Source: an uncultured Candidatus Saccharibacteria bacterium (GTDB taxonomy: Bacteria; Patescibacteriota; CALEFQ01). From it: a stretch of 64,000 nt of DNA. The notes beneath the pieces are model-generated. The model was not told where the DNA came from and did not search any database. It saw only the letters and a program-made list of their open reading frames with translations. The DNA is taken from assembly GCA_965230955.1 (NCBI GenBank), contig OZ246404.1, forward strand, positions 920,790 to 984,789, written 5' to 3'. Shown here piece by piece: positions 10,987-21,426 of this stretch; positions within the stretch are counted from its first letter, which is position 1, and every line of letters starts with the position of its first letter. A program made the position numbers and the translations under genes.

Positions 10987-11032
10987 AGCCCCGCCTTCTG
11001 TCAAAGAAGCACGGGGCCTTTTTCTTTTTTGA

Positions 11033-11533
11033 TCAATAAGAGAACGCTTCCGACGCTTGATCGCGAAAATCTTCGGTTCCGGTATTTTCGATAGCGAAAA
11101 CCCACTGTCCATTATTCCAAACCATGAAAGGCTCTTTCAAGGCTTCTCCGCCCAGAGTAAAACCCAGATCTGAGCCGCGATATTTTAGATAACCTCGATT
11201 ATTGATTACCGCCGAATCTCGCGTACAGTTATTGCAATTTTCCGAAGCGACGGTGACTTTTTCAATCCAATTATAGGCTTCTTCCGGTGAATTGAATTTA
11301 ACCGCAAAAACCTTGAAATTGCCGTAATTACCCACCGCCACTTCATCCGGCGGAAGACCGTTAGACGTGGTTGTCTGCCAATTATTTTCTACCAGCGCCG
11401 AGGGTAATAATTTGGAAGCCGCCTGATCGGACGGCACCGAGTCGTGTTTTATTACGGCGGTAGCCGCGCCGCAGCCGACAAAAACCACGACAGCCAAGAT
11501 GACTATTAGAGAGATAATCAATTTGAGGTGCAT
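11033..11533 (-). CDS. putative lipoprotein / secreted hypothetical protein
   Basis: The start MHLKLIISLIVILAVVVFVGCGAATA has a lipobox-like FVGC. I chose this internal start over the ORF-track start at 11602. Confidence 0.45.
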   Translation of the reverse strand: MHLKLIISLIVILAVVVFVGCGAATAVIKHDSVPSDQAASKLLPSALVENNWQTTTSNGLPPDEVAVGNYGNFKVFAVKFNSPEEAYNWIEKVTVASENCNNCTRDSAVINNRGYLKYRGSDLGFTLGGEALKEPFMVWNNGQWVFAIENTGTEDFRDQASEAFSY

Positions 11534-11692
11534 TTTTGTAGTATTAAGTAAATTTGTTTTATTATACAATGGTGCGGCAAATTTAAAAAATAAAAATATC
11601 AAAGTTTAAAAGAAATCTAAAGATAAAAGTTTTTAGAAAGTCTTTTATCCTTTTGTTTTTAAATTTCTTTTAAACTTTGATATTTTTAAGCT

Positions 11693-14572
11693 TTAATCTT
11701 TTCTCCGCCCTATCACCTTCTGCAAATATTGTCCAGTATAACTCCGCTTAACTTTCGCCACTTGCTGGGGAGTGCCTTCGGCCACGATTTCTCCGCCGCG
11801 CTGTCCGCCATCCGGGCCGAGATCGACAATCCAATCCGCGCTTTTGATCACATCCATATTGTGTTCGATGATTAAGACCGTATTCCCTTTGTCCACTAAT
11901 TTGTTCAGGACTTGGAGCAAACGTTCCACGTCAGCGAAATGAAGTCCAGTGGTCGGCTCGTCCAAAACATACAAAGTCTTGCCGGTGGAGCGCTTGGAAA
12001 GTTCCGTGGCCAATTTCACCCGCTGGGCTTCCCCACCGGACAATGTCGTGGCCGGCTGGCCCAATTTAATATAACTTAATCCCACTTCATCTAAAATTTT
12101 CAGTTTGCGCTTGAGCGCCGGGACATTGCCGTAAAATGCCAGGGCCTCGCTGACCGTCATATCCAATACTTCGGCAATCGTTTTCCCTTTATAATGAATC
12201 TCCAGCGCTTCTTTGTTATAACGTTTGCCTTTGCACTCATCGCACTCCACGTAGACATCCGATAAAAAGTGCATTTCGATCCGCACCAAACCTTCGCCGC
12301 GACATGATTCACACCGCCCGCCTTTCACATTGAAACTGAAGCGTCCCGCTTTGTATCCCCGCATTTTGGCTTCCGGCGTCTGCACAAAAAGATCGCGAAC
12401 ATACGTGAAAATGCCGGTATATGTCGCCGGATTGGAGCGCGGCGTGCGACCGATCGGCGATTGGTCGATAATCACCACTTTGTCGATATTCTTGATTCCT
12501 TCGATCTTTTTATGCGCCCCGGGAAGTTCTTTGGCGCCGTAAAAATCATGAGCCAACGCTTTGGCCAAGATATCGTTCATTAAGGTGGATTTGCCCGAGC
12601 CGGAAACACCGGTAATCGCCACAAATTTACCCAAAGGAATTCCGACGTCGATATTTTTCAAATTATGCTCAGTCGCTCCCTTGATCAAAAGCTTTTTACC
12701 GTTGCCGCGGTGCGGTTTCTTGTTCACCGGAATTTTTTTACGACCGCTCAGGTAGGCGCCCGTCAGCGATTTTTTGTTGCGCGATAACTCCTGGGGCGTG
12801 CCGGTGGCGACCAATTCCCCGCCGTGCTCGCCGGCGCCCGGACCGATATCGACAATGTAGTCGGCCGCCAACATAGTTTCTTCGTCGTGCTCCACCACAA
12901 TTACCGTGTTACCGAGTTCTTTCAGGTTTTTCAGCGTCGTAATCAATTGGGCGTTATCTTTTTGGTGCAAACCGATCGAAGGCTCGTCCAGTATATAGAG
13001 CACCCCGACCAGGCTGGAACCGATCTGAGTCGCCAAGCGGATCCGCTGGGCTTCCCCGCCCGACAGAGTCGCCGCCGCCCGATCAAGCGTCATATAATCC
13101 AAACCTACGTCAATCAGGAATTGCAAGCGGGCGCGAATTTCTTTCAAAATCTGGGTCGCGATTTTCTGCTGGCGAGCGGTAAGTTTTTTGTTCAACTCGT
13201 CGAAAAAAACGGCACTGTTTAGAACCGAGAGCTCGGTCACTTGAATAATAGATTTGTTCGCGACCAGCACGCTCAAGACCTCCGGGCGCAATCTTTTACC
13301 TTTACAAACCGGGCAAGTATAAACACGCATGTACTGCTCGATCTCACTGCGTATGTAATCCGAATCGGTCTCGCGGTAGCGCCGCTCGAGATTATGGATA
13401 ACCCCCTCAAACGACGTGGTAAACTCCCGGACTTTGCCCGGCATATCATCATCAGCATAAACCGTGAAAGTGTCGCCATTGGAACCATGCAAGACCAAAT
13501 CCAGCGCCTTTTTAGAAAGTTTACTGACCGGCGTATCCACCGAAAAATTATAACGTTTGGCCAAGGCTTCCAATTGGCGCGAATACCAAGTTTGGCGAGC
13601 ATTAGAACGAGACCAAGGACGAATCGCCCCTTCCGCCAGACTCAGTTTTTTGTTGGGAATAACCAAATCGGCATCAACTTCCAATTTTGTTCCAAGTCCG
13701 GTGCATTCCGGGCAAGCGCCGTGCGGACTATTGAAAGAAAACATGCGCGGCTGAATTTCCGGCAAGTTAATCCCACAATCGACACAGGCGAATCTCTCGC
13801 TGAAAAGCTTGTCTTGTTCTAAATCCGGCAGGCTGACAATCATGATCCCGTTGCCCAAATCCAAAGCCGTTTCCACGGAATCAACCACCCGCGTCCGCTC
13901 CGGATGCTCTTTGGCCCGAGCCGGTATGGCAGAAATTGCCAGACGATCCACCACGACTTCGATAGTATGTTTTTTCTGACGATCTAAGCTTTTGTTCAAA
14001 GCCTCGCTCAATTCCATAATAATTCCGTCTAATCTCACACGAACATATCCGGCCTGCTGAACTTGCTGCAATATATCACGATGTTCGCCTTTGCGATCGC
14101 GCACCATCGGAGCCAAAATTATCGCTTTGGTGCCGTCGGGCAAAGACAAAATTTTATCGGCAATCTGGCCGGGGCTTTGCGCCGCGATAGTACGGCCGCA
14201 TTTTGGACAATGCGGTTCGCCGATACGAGCAAATAAAAGACGGAGATAATCATAAATCTCCGTAATCGTGCCCACGGTCGAACGCGGATTGCGAGTCGTA
14301 CTCTTTTGATCGATCGAAATTGCCGGCGAGAGGCCTTCAATTTGATCGACGTCCGGCTTATCCATCAAACCGAGAAATTGTCGGGCATAAGCCGAAAGAG
14401 ATTCGACATACCGACGCTGACCTTCGGCATAAATTGTATCAAAAGCCAGGGAAGATTTTCCCGATCCGGAAATTCCGGTGATAACCACGAACTTATTGCG
14501 CGGAATATCCACGTCAATGTTTTTGAGATTGTGTACCCGAGCTCCGCGGATTTTGATAAACTTGCTGTTCAT
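11693..14572 (-). CDS. uvrA: excinuclease ABC subunit A
   Basis: It has duplicated ABC ATPase modules ([12 protein letters not shown] and [10 protein letters not shown]) and zinc-finger segments. The likely start is [19 protein letters not shown]. Confidence 0.95.
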   Translation of the reverse strand: MNSKFIKIRGARVHNLKNIDVDIPRNKFVVITGISGSGKSSLAFDTIYAEGQRRYVESLSAYARQFLGLMDKPDVDQIEGLSPAISIDQKSTTRNPRSTVGTITEIYDYLRLLFARIGEPHCPKCGRTIAAQSPGQIADKILSLPDGTKAIILAPMVRDRKGEHRDILQQVQQAGYVRVRLDGIIMELSEALNKSLDRQKKHTIEVVVDRLAISAIPARAKEHPERTRVVDSVETALDLGNGIMIVSLPDLEQDKLFSERFACVDCGINLPEIQPRMFSFNSPHGACPECTGLGTKLEVDADLVIPNKKLSLAEGAIRPWSRSNARQTWYSRQLEALAKRYNFSVDTPVSKLSKKALDLVLHGSNGDTFTVYADDDMPGKVREFTTSFEGVIHNLERRYRETDSDYIRSEIEQYMRVYTCPVCKGKRLRPEVLSVLVANKSIIQVTELSVLNSAVFFDELNKKLTARQQKIATQILKEIRARLQFLIDVGLDYMTLDRAAATLSGGEAQRIRLATQIGSSLVGVLYILDEPSIGLHQKDNAQLITTLKNLKELGNTVIVVEHDEETMLAADYIVDIGPGAGEHGGELVATGTPQELSRNKKSLTGAYLSGRKKIPVNKKPHRGNGKKLLIKGATEHNLKNIDVGIPLGKFVAITGVSGSGKSTLMNDILAKALAHDFYGAKELPGAHKKIEGIKNIDKVVIIDQSPIGRTPRSNPATYTGIFTYVRDLFVQTPEAKMRGYKAGRFSFNVKGGRCESCRGEGLVRIEMHFLSDVYVECDECKGKRYNKEALEIHYKGKTIAEVLDMTVSEALAFYGNVPALKRKLKILDEVGLSYIKLGQPATTLSGGEAQRVKLATELSKRSTGKTLYVLDEPTTGLHFADVERLLQVLNKLVDKGNTVLIIEHNMDVIKSADWIVDLGPDGGQRGGEIVAEGTPQQVAKVKRSYTGQYLQKVIGRRKD

Positions 14573-14665
14573 TTTATATAGTTTGGCCGCTGGCAAAAAT
14601 CAATTGTCAATTATATGCTACTTCGTGATTTATGGCAAGGGGGACAATTAGTCATTAAAAATTAG

Positions 14666-14733
14666 CCTTTAGTCTTTGGTCTTTGGTCGCGCGATGAATT
14701 TGCTAAAGACTAAAGACCAAAGACTAAAGACCA
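14666..14733. repeat. hairpin repeat of the AGTCTTT/AAAGACC family, between uvrA and the transglycosylase gene
   Basis: The sequence reads CTTTAGTCTTTGGTCTTTGGTC-gcgcgatgaatttgct-AAAGACTAAAGACCAAAGACTAAAGACC. Confidence 0.5.
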
Positions 14734-14783
14734 TCTAAAGCCCCTTTATTATTCTCTCTTCCCTGCTATAATATGAAGTAATT

Positions 14784-16070
14784 ATGCGACTATTCAACTG
14801 CATTCTAAAAATAACTATAATTACCCTGATAACTGCCTCCCTGGGCGGTGGTTTTGCTATTTCAACCGGCGCGGCCAGCGTGATTGAGCAAAAAAAAGCA
14901 GAGATAAAAAAACTGGAAACTAAAATAACGACACAGAAGCAGGAAATCGCCGAACGCGAAGCCAAGGATTTTAGCCTGGACAACTATCTGGCCAAACTGC
15001 AAATCCAGCTGGCAGCCAACGCCAATGAGCAAAATGTCATGAAAGAACAAGTGGCACTGACCAAATTGGAAATCGAGGACAAAGAAGAATCGATAAAACA
15101 AGAAGAAACTTCCCTGCGCTATCAAAAAGAAATTCTGGCCAGCTATCTGCGCGAATTGAACCGATTTGACCGGACGAATAAAATGCTCAAGCTTTTTGAC
15201 ACGAAAAATTTTTCCGATTTTTATCGCCAGCTCAATTTCACAAAAATCCTTAACGACAAAACCGCCACCGCCACGTCGGAAATCAAAGACGCCCGAGACA
15301 ATTTGGAGCTGGATCGCGATGTTTTAGTGAACAAAAAATTAGAACAAGAAAGCGCTCTGGCTACTCTCAAAGTCTACGAAGCGGAAGCCGATCGCGCCCA
15401 AAAAGAATACCAGCTCATGCAATCCCGCAATGCCAGTGAAATCAAAAGTCTAAATGATGTCATCGCCAGCACCACCGACCAACGCAACCAACTCCAACAG
15501 GAACTTTTTGCCTTGACCAGTGAAGGCCAATCAATAAAATTCGCCGAAGCGGCTAAATACGCCCGTTTCGCCAGCGCCAAAACCGGTATCCGGCCCGAAT
15601 TGATTATGTCCGTGGTAAAACAAGAAACGGATTTCGGAAACAATGTCGGCACCGGCACCTATAAAAATGATATGAATCCGAACCAATGGGATGATTTCGC
15701 CAAAGTCTGCTTGTCGCTCGGCCGCTCACCTGAAGCAACACCGGTCAGCGCCCGACCCAAAAGCTATAGCGGCTGGGGCGGCGCGATGGGTATCGCCCAG
15801 TTTTTGCCCGGCACTTGGCTGGGTATTGCCGGTGAAGTGGCTGAAATCACCGGGCATCAGCCGGCCGACCCCTGGAATCCGACGGATGCTTTTGTGGCGG
15901 TGGGCGTAAAATTCCAAAAGATGGGCGCGTCCAAAAGCGATCGCAACAGTGAATGGGAAGCGGCCGGGCGTTATTTTGCCGGCGGGAATTTCAAAAAATT
16001 TCCCTGGTACGGCGACAATGTCATGAAACGCGCCGATGTCTACGCCGAGCAATTGAAACAAATTCCCTAA
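14784..16070 (+). CDS. secreted coiled-coil protein with a C-terminal lytic transglycosylase (SLT/MltB-like) domain
   Basis: It has an N-terminal signal or TM segment followed by about 250 aa of coiled-coil. The C-terminus contains WGGAMGIAQFLPGTW, the GAMGxxQFxPxTW motif of lytic transglycosylases. Confidence 0.55.
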   Translation: MRLFNCILKITIITLITASLGGGFAISTGAASVIEQKKAEIKKLETKITTQKQEIAEREAKDFSLDNYLAKLQIQLAANANEQNVMKEQVALTKLEIEDKEESIKQEETSLRYQKEILASYLRELNRFDRTNKMLKLFDTKNFSDFYRQLNFTKILNDKTATATSEIKDARDNLELDRDVLVNKKLEQESALATLKVYEAEADRAQKEYQLMQSRNASEIKSLNDVIASTTDQRNQLQQELFALTSEGQSIKFAEAAKYARFASAKTGIRPELIMSVVKQETDFGNNVGTGTYKNDMNPNQWDDFAKVCLSLGRSPEATPVSARPKSYSGWGGAMGIAQFLPGTWLGIAGEVAEITGHQPADPWNPTDAFVAVGVKFQKMGASKSDRNSEWEAAGRYFAGGNFKKFPWYGDNVMKRADVYAEQLKQIP

Positions 16071-16074
16071 TCAA

Positions 16075-16155
16075 GTAACAGGGAACAAATACCAGGTAAC
16101 AAATTGGAAATGAATCATTCTTATTTGTTCCTTGATACCTGTTACTTGTTACCTT
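16075..16155. repeat. hairpin repeat of the GTAACAA family, upstream of uvrC
   Basis: The sequence reads GTAACAGGGAACAAATACCAGGTAACAAA ... TTTGTTCCTTGATACCTGTTACTTGTTACC. Confidence 0.5.
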
Positions 16156-16163
16156 TTTGCATC

Positions 16164-17684
16164 ATGTTCCGCGATTTATCTAAAACCCTCCCCGCTTCTC
16201 CCGGCGTTTATTTATTCAAAAATAAGGTCGGGCGGGTTTTGTATGTGGGCAAAGCGAACAATTTACGGGAGAGAGTGAAGTCATATTTTCAACGGCCGAT
16301 GGAACTGGAACCGCACAAGCAATTGATGATGCCGCAAGTCAAACGAATCGATCACCTGGTGACCGGATCCGAAATCGAAGCCTTGTTGCTGGAAGCGAAT
16401 TTGATCAAAAAAAATCGTCCCAAATACAACATCCTTCTTAAAGACGATAAAAGTTATAAATACATCAAGATCGACTATTCCGTCGATTTTCCAAAAATAT
16501 ATTTTGCCCGTCAGCCACAGCCCAATAAACCGGCGCGGGCATTACGGCACGCGACGGAGCGGCCCCGGGATCTGTATTTCGGCCCTTTTACCGACGGCTA
16601 TGCCGCCAATCAAGCCCTGGAACTTATGCGCCAAGTTTGGCGCTGGCGCTCATGCGATCGTGATATCCCCTATGACGGCTCGAAGCATTATCGCCAGCCC
16701 TGTTTGTATTACCACATCAAACTCTGTTTCGCCCCATGTCTCAATCGAATCAGCCGAACCGAATATGAACGACTGATCCGGGACGCGATCGAATTTTTAA
16801 AAGGCCGAAGCCCGGCGCTGATCCAGAAATTGCAAAGCGAAATGCAAATTCTGTCTCGGCAACACCATTACGAAAAAGCGGCCGTCAAACGCGACCAGAT
16901 TGCCAATCTCAAAAAAATCACCAGCCAGCGCCAAAGCTTGGACGCCCGGACGGAGCAAACCGCCGCGCAATGGATGGCCAAAGAAGCACTCGATTCCCAT
17001 GATGCTTGGCGACAGCTCAAAAAAGTACTCGGACTGAACGATCTGCCGCGGCGACTGGAAGCTTATGATATTTCCAACATTCAAGGCACGGCGCCGACCG
17101 GTTCAATGGTGGTATTTATCGAAGGCAAACCGCGCAGCAGCGAGTATCGCCGATTCGCCATCGTGAGCAAAACAACGCCCGACGACGTCAGCATGATGGG
17201 CGAAATGCTGTCCCGCCGGCTGAGGCACCTCGATAAAAATTGGCCGCGGCCCGACTTGATTATGATTGACGGCGGCAAGCCTCAATTGAATCTCGCGTGC
17301 CGAATTTTGAAAACATTAAAACTATCCATTCCCGTCATCAGTCTCGCCAAAAAAGAGGAAGAAATTTTTATCCCCGGGAAATCCGAGTCATTGAAACTCC
17401 CCCGCCGGCATCCGGCTCGGCTACTACTGGAACAAGTCCGCGACGAAGCGCATCGTTTCGCCATTGGCTACCATATTAATCTGCGCCGGAAAAATTCATT
17501 GCACTCTCCGCTCGATGATATCCCAGGCATCGGCCCCAAAACGAAAAAACTTTTACTGCGGAAATTCGGGACTCTGGCTGCCATCAAAAATGCCAATCCG
17601 AAAATCTTACGGGAACTGATCGGCCCCACCCGCACCAAGATTCTGCTCGAGCAAATACCGCCCGCTGAGATAAGTCAAAAGTAA
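16164..17684 (+). CDS. uvrC: excinuclease ABC subunit C
   Basis: It has a GIY-YIG N-terminus (PGVYLFKN...LYVGKANNLRERV), a UvrBC motif and a C-terminal HhH domain. I placed the start at MFRDLSK because the longer ORF overlaps an upstream hairpin repeat. Confidence 0.9.
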   Translation: MFRDLSKTLPASPGVYLFKNKVGRVLYVGKANNLRERVKSYFQRPMELEPHKQLMMPQVKRIDHLVTGSEIEALLLEANLIKKNRPKYNILLKDDKSYKYIKIDYSVDFPKIYFARQPQPNKPARALRHATERPRDLYFGPFTDGYAANQALELMRQVWRWRSCDRDIPYDGSKHYRQPCLYYHIKLCFAPCLNRISRTEYERLIRDAIEFLKGRSPALIQKLQSEMQILSRQHHYEKAAVKRDQIANLKKITSQRQSLDARTEQTAAQWMAKEALDSHDAWRQLKKVLGLNDLPRRLEAYDISNIQGTAPTGSMVVFIEGKPRSSEYRRFAIVSKTTPDDVSMMGEMLSRRLRHLDKNWPRPDLIMIDGGKPQLNLACRILKTLKLSIPVISLAKKEEEIFIPGKSESLKLPRRHPARLLLEQVRDEAHRFAIGYHINLRRKNSLHSPLDDIPGIGPKTKKLLLRKFGTLAAIKNANPKILRELIGPTRTKILLEQIPPAEISQK

Positions 17685-17687
17685 TAA

Positions 17688-17748
17688 ATCAAAAGTCAAA
17701 AGTTGCGATAATCACACTTTTGACTTTTGACCTTTGACTTTTGACTTA
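17688..17748. repeat. hairpin repeat of the AAAGTCA/TTTGACT tandem-unit family, downstream of uvrC
   Basis: It contains AAAGTCAAAAGT-tgcgataatcac-ACTTTTGACTTT, flanked by extra TTTGAC units. Confidence 0.5.
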
Positions 17749-17976
17749 TTATCAGATGTTACCCAAAAAAGTCGCCGCCAAAATTAAACGCCGGGACAAA
17801 AAAAGAGCTCGCAAAATGATGGTGTCGGGACGCAGTGTCCTCACCCTAAAAAGGCTGATCGATCGAAAGACTGGTGTGTCTAAACCGGCTCTTTAGAATA
17901 ATTGAATCGCCGGTAAGGTAAGTGTTGATTTTCGGCACCAAAATGTTTACAATATAAGCATAATTAAGCTTATTTT

Positions 17977-18924
17977 ATGTCTAAATTTTCTCCCGAATCA
18001 GGAGCGTTTGATCCCTCGATGTCCCGGGAAGCCATGAAAACTGACCGGCCGATCGCCGAGGAAGAAAAATCACCCGAACAATTGCCTTTCGACCTCGAAC
18101 AAATCACTCGCGATAGCGATGAGCTTTTACGTGATTTTCAAGATACCACCGGCGAAGATCCGGCCAAACTTGTCGCCAGCGGAGAACCCCAAAAACTGGT
18201 CGAAGCGGGCGACCGATTTCTTTCCGGCCTGCTCAAAAAGCACCCTCACCTGCGCAAAGCCGCGGCGGTAACCGCCGTACTGAGCGGTCTCTTTGCCAAC
18301 GGTTGCGCAGCCAACCAGAGACTCTGCGCCAGAATAGAGATGTGGGATCAAGGTCTTCAAGAAAAAGAAAGCTTCCGTCGAGAACAATGGGAATGGATCA
18401 GAGATGAAATCAAAAAAGCTCATCCCGAAGGCGGCTGGGTCGTAAGAAAATACAATGGATTTCTTCCCGGCTGGTATTTTGAAATGCCGGCCGGAGCCTA
18501 TCGACCATATGGAGATTGGACAAAAGGCCGAGTCGCCGGAGACATTCTCCCCACTCAATTGGGCCAGCCGGACAAACAGTCTTACGCTATGAAAACTCCG
18601 CCGGCCAAAATTTCCAATGGCGATTTTTTGATGCTGACTACGGGACACCTGGATTACATCAAAGAAGATAATGATTCCCGAATTCGCCTGGTCTACTCCC
18701 CTGGTGAATGGCTCTTGCTGGGCGAAATCCAAGATCAGCAAGCTGGTTTAGTTTACGGCCCCCAGGAATACCGCCTTTATCCGCATAGCTCCAAAGCCTA
18801 TCCCGACAAACCTTGGGGGACTATGCCGACTCTGAAACCAAAAGGAGACACCTATGAAGAACTTTGGACCCAAAAACTAGGGCGTTCCACTCCCCGCCAA
18901 ATGACGTCACCGGCCAAACGATAA
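17977..18924 (+). CDS. hypothetical protein
   Basis: It is a 315-aa ORF preceded by a TTGATT-17-TACAAT promoter. I do not recognise the family. Confidence 0.4.
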   Translation: MSKFSPESGAFDPSMSREAMKTDRPIAEEEKSPEQLPFDLEQITRDSDELLRDFQDTTGEDPAKLVASGEPQKLVEAGDRFLSGLLKKHPHLRKAAAVTAVLSGLFANGCAANQRLCARIEMWDQGLQEKESFRREQWEWIRDEIKKAHPEGGWVVRKYNGFLPGWYFEMPAGAYRPYGDWTKGRVAGDILPTQLGQPDKQSYAMKTPPAKISNGDFLMLTTGHLDYIKEDNDSRIRLVYSPGEWLLLGEIQDQQAGLVYGPQEYRLYPHSSKAYPDKPWGTMPTLKPKGDTYEELWTQKLGRSTPRQMTSPAKR

Positions 18925-18989
18925 AATATTCTCTCATTGACTTCTAAAACACCTTGTGATATTATCATCAAGGTTAACTGGTTATTTTC

Positions 18990-19349
18990 ATGTTTTTTGT
19001 TCATCTTCTGGTGCGCTTAGCGGTCAATATCTTGGCTCTGTGGCTATCGGCCCAGTGGATCAACGGTATTGATTACCATAATAACTGGCGTGTCCTGGCT
19101 GTAGCCGGCGTAGTTTTGGGTCTGCTGAATATGTTCATCAAGCCTATTCTGAAAGTAATCACCGCTCCTTGTCTCTGGCTGATTCTCGGACTGCTCTTTC
19201 CATTCGTCATTAATCTGCTGATTCTCTATCTGACCGCCTGGCTGGTTCCCGGTTTTTCGGTCAGTACCCTGTGGGCCGCCCTGCTGGCAACTTTGGTGAT
19301 AAGCATATTCAACTTCATTCTCTCAATCATCTTCATCAAACGAAAATAA
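18990..19349 (+). CDS. DUF360 / phage holin family IV-like membrane protein
   Basis: It has four TM segments, and the pattern NGIDY...NMFIKPILKV...PFVINLLILYL is typical of the YvlD/DUF360 family. Confidence 0.45.
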   Translation: MFFVHLLVRLAVNILALWLSAQWINGIDYHNNWRVLAVAGVVLGLLNMFIKPILKVITAPCLWLILGLLFPFVINLLILYLTAWLVPGFSVSTLWAALLATLVISIFNFILSIIFIKRK

Positions 19350-19396
19350 TCCCGCCGACTCTGAATCTCATCTCTTAAATCTTAAATCTTATTCTC

Positions 19397-19612
19397 ATGT
19401 CTTTATTTGCTATCGTCTCTATCGTCCTGGCCGCAATTTTAACCGTTTTGGTCCTCGTCCAAAATCGCGGTGCCGGACTTTCCGGAGTCTTCGGCGGCGA
19501 CAGTGCCGTATTTTCACAACGCCGCGGCTCGGAAAAAATTCTCCATATCGTCACCATTATTGTCGCGGTTTCATTTTTGGTTACCGCCTTTCTGAATCTC
19601 CTCTATAACTAG
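19397..19612 (+). CDS. secG: preprotein translocase subunit SecG
   Basis: It is a 71-aa protein with two TM segments. The motif LVQNRGAGLSGVFGG matches the SecG signature. Confidence 0.75.
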   Translation: MSLFAIVSIVLAAILTVLVLVQNRGAGLSGVFGGDSAVFSQRRGSEKILHIVTIIVAVSFLVTAFLNLLYN

Positions 19613-19638
19613 TTCCGGCGTGACGCCAATTTTAATTT

Positions 19639-21321
19639 ATGGATAATCAACCTGTCAGTTTCAAAAAAATTCCCCGCGTCCTCTCTCTTTTGGAGAAACG
19701 CCTGATTTTGATTTTCGGGCTGGTGGCGATCGCCGCCGGAATCACTTGGGGCGTTTTAGTTTATTTCCAAAATACGGTTCCCGCCCCGACTAAAGGCGGC
19801 ACTTATACCGAAGGGGTTTTGGGCCAGCCAAAATTTATCAATCCCATCATCGCCCAGCCCAATACCGTTGATGCTGATTTATGCAGTTTGATTTATTCCT
19901 CGCTTTTTCGCTATACTCCGGAAAATAATCTGGAAAATGAATTGGTCGAAGAATATCAGTTGAATGACGACGGAACGGAAGTTACCCTGACCATCAAATC
20001 AGATGTAAAATGGCAGGACGGAGAAAATCTGACCGCGGACGATGTCCTTTTTACAGTTCAAAGCATTCAGAATCCCAATATCCAAAGCCCTCTGAAAAGC
20101 GGCTTTGCCGATGTAGTCGCCGAAAAAATTGATCAACAAAAGCTCAAATTTACCCTGGCCCAGCCTTATGCTCCATTTCTTTCCAATCTGACTTTTGGCA
20201 TTTTGCCCAAGCATCTCTGGGAGAAAATTGAGCCGGCTAATATTCCTTTGGCCGAATTGAATTTACAACCGGTTGGCAGCGGCCCGTACAAATTTAAAGA
20301 ATTCAAAAAAGACAAATTGGGTGAAATCCAATCCTATACCCTGGAACGCTTTGATAAGTATTTTGCCGCCGCCCCTTTCTTGGATAAATTAATTTTCGAA
20401 TTCTACGCGACCCCGGAAGAATTGAGCGCCGCTTTGACCGACGGTCAGATAAAAGGCATGGCCTTCGACCTCAATACCGCCGAAGCCGTCTATAGCAGCT
20501 CTAGTTTGGCTGACTACAAATTTTCCCTCCCGCGCTACAATGCCGTTTTTCTCAATTACGCCCAGAACAAAGATCTGGAATACAAGAAAGTTCGCCAAGC
20601 TCTCCAGCAAGCGATCAATCGCGACGAGATTTTGGAGCAATCGGTCCCCGGACAGGGCAAACTGGCCAATTCTCCGATTATGGAAAACTTCTTGGGATTT
20701 GATCCGGGACTAAAATATATCGGCTTCGATCCCGAAGCGGCCAAAGGACTATTGGATGAAGCCGGTTGGAAAGAAGTTGACGCCGAAGGCTTTCGCTTGA
20801 AAGACGGGAAAAAACTGTCTTTGACACTGACGGTTTCCGATTTCCCCGAACATTTGGTTGTCGCCGACTACATCGTTAACGCCTGGAAAAATATCGGCGT
20901 CGACGCTAAAACCGAGTCCTTCAGCCCGGCGGATATCCAAGAGCGTATTCGCAATCGAGCTTACGACGCCCTGCTCTTCGGACAAGTTACCGGCCATGAT
21001 CCCGATCCTTATCCTTTCTGGCATTCATCCCAGCGGGAAGATCCCGGACTGAATCTGACTTCCATCAAAGATACCGATATTGATAAACTGCTCGAAGAAG
21101 GCCGCACGACGATCAATAGCGAAACCCGCGCCGAAAAATATCTGGCCTTCCAACAGAAACTGGCTGAAAGCTACGTCGCTATTTTCCTCTATTCTCCTTA
21201 CTATAATTACACTGCCGACAAAGAAATTAAGGGGCTCAACCCCGGCATTATTACCAATCCGGCGGAGCGTTTTAGCACGATTGAAAATTGGTATATCAAG
21301 ACCAAAAGAGTCGCAAAATAG
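19639..21321 (+). CDS. ABC transporter substrate-binding protein, family 5 (peptide/nickel type), membrane anchored
   Basis: It has an N-terminal TM anchor. The SBP_bac_5-like core includes TLTIKSDVKWQDGENLTADDVLFTV. Confidence 0.7.
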   Translation: MDNQPVSFKKIPRVLSLLEKRLILIFGLVAIAAGITWGVLVYFQNTVPAPTKGGTYTEGVLGQPKFINPIIAQPNTVDADLCSLIYSSLFRYTPENNLENELVEEYQLNDDGTEVTLTIKSDVKWQDGENLTADDVLFTVQSIQNPNIQSPLKSGFADVVAEKIDQQKLKFTLAQPYAPFLSNLTFGILPKHLWEKIEPANIPLAELNLQPVGSGPYKFKEFKKDKLGEIQSYTLERFDKYFAAAPFLDKLIFEFYATPEELSAALTDGQIKGMAFDLNTAEAVYSSSSLADYKFSLPRYNAVFLNYAQNKDLEYKKVRQALQQAINRDEILEQSVPGQGKLANSPIMENFLGFDPGLKYIGFDPEAAKGLLDEAGWKEVDAEGFRLKDGKKLSLTLTVSDFPEHLVVADYIVNAWKNIGVDAKTESFSPADIQERIRNRAYDALLFGQVTGHDPDPYPFWHSSQREDPGLNLTSIKDTDIDKLLEEGRTTINSETRAEKYLAFQQKLAESYVAIFLYSPYYNYTADKEIKGLNPGIITNPAERFSTIENWYIKTKRVAK

Positions 21322-21425
21322 ACTATAGTCTACGGTCTATAGTCTATAGACAAAAATTAATAATCAATAAAAATAATCTATTGCTAATGGTCTAAAGACC
21401 ATAGACTATAGACTAAAGACTAATT
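21322..21425. repeat. compound hairpin repeat of the TAGACTATAG/AAAGACC family, downstream of the SBP gene
   Basis: The sequence contains GACTATAGTCTACGGTCTATAGTCTATAGAC ... GGTCTAAAGACCATAGACTATAGACTAAAGAC. Confidence 0.5.
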
Positions 21426-21426
21426 C

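Noticed and set aside
10330-11112. 260-aa minus-strand ORF overlapping the CDP-alcohol phosphatidyltransferase gene
   Set aside because: It lies antisense to a well-supported membrane-protein gene that has an SD. Its Arg/Asp/Gln-rich composition is typical of antisense frames, and it has no SD.
16104-16163. Longer uvrC start (MEMNHSYLF...) from the ORF track
   Set aside because: The extra 20 codons are encoded by the GTAACAA hairpin repeat and lack UvrC homology. The start MFRDLSKTLPASPGVYLF matches the conserved UvrC N-terminus.
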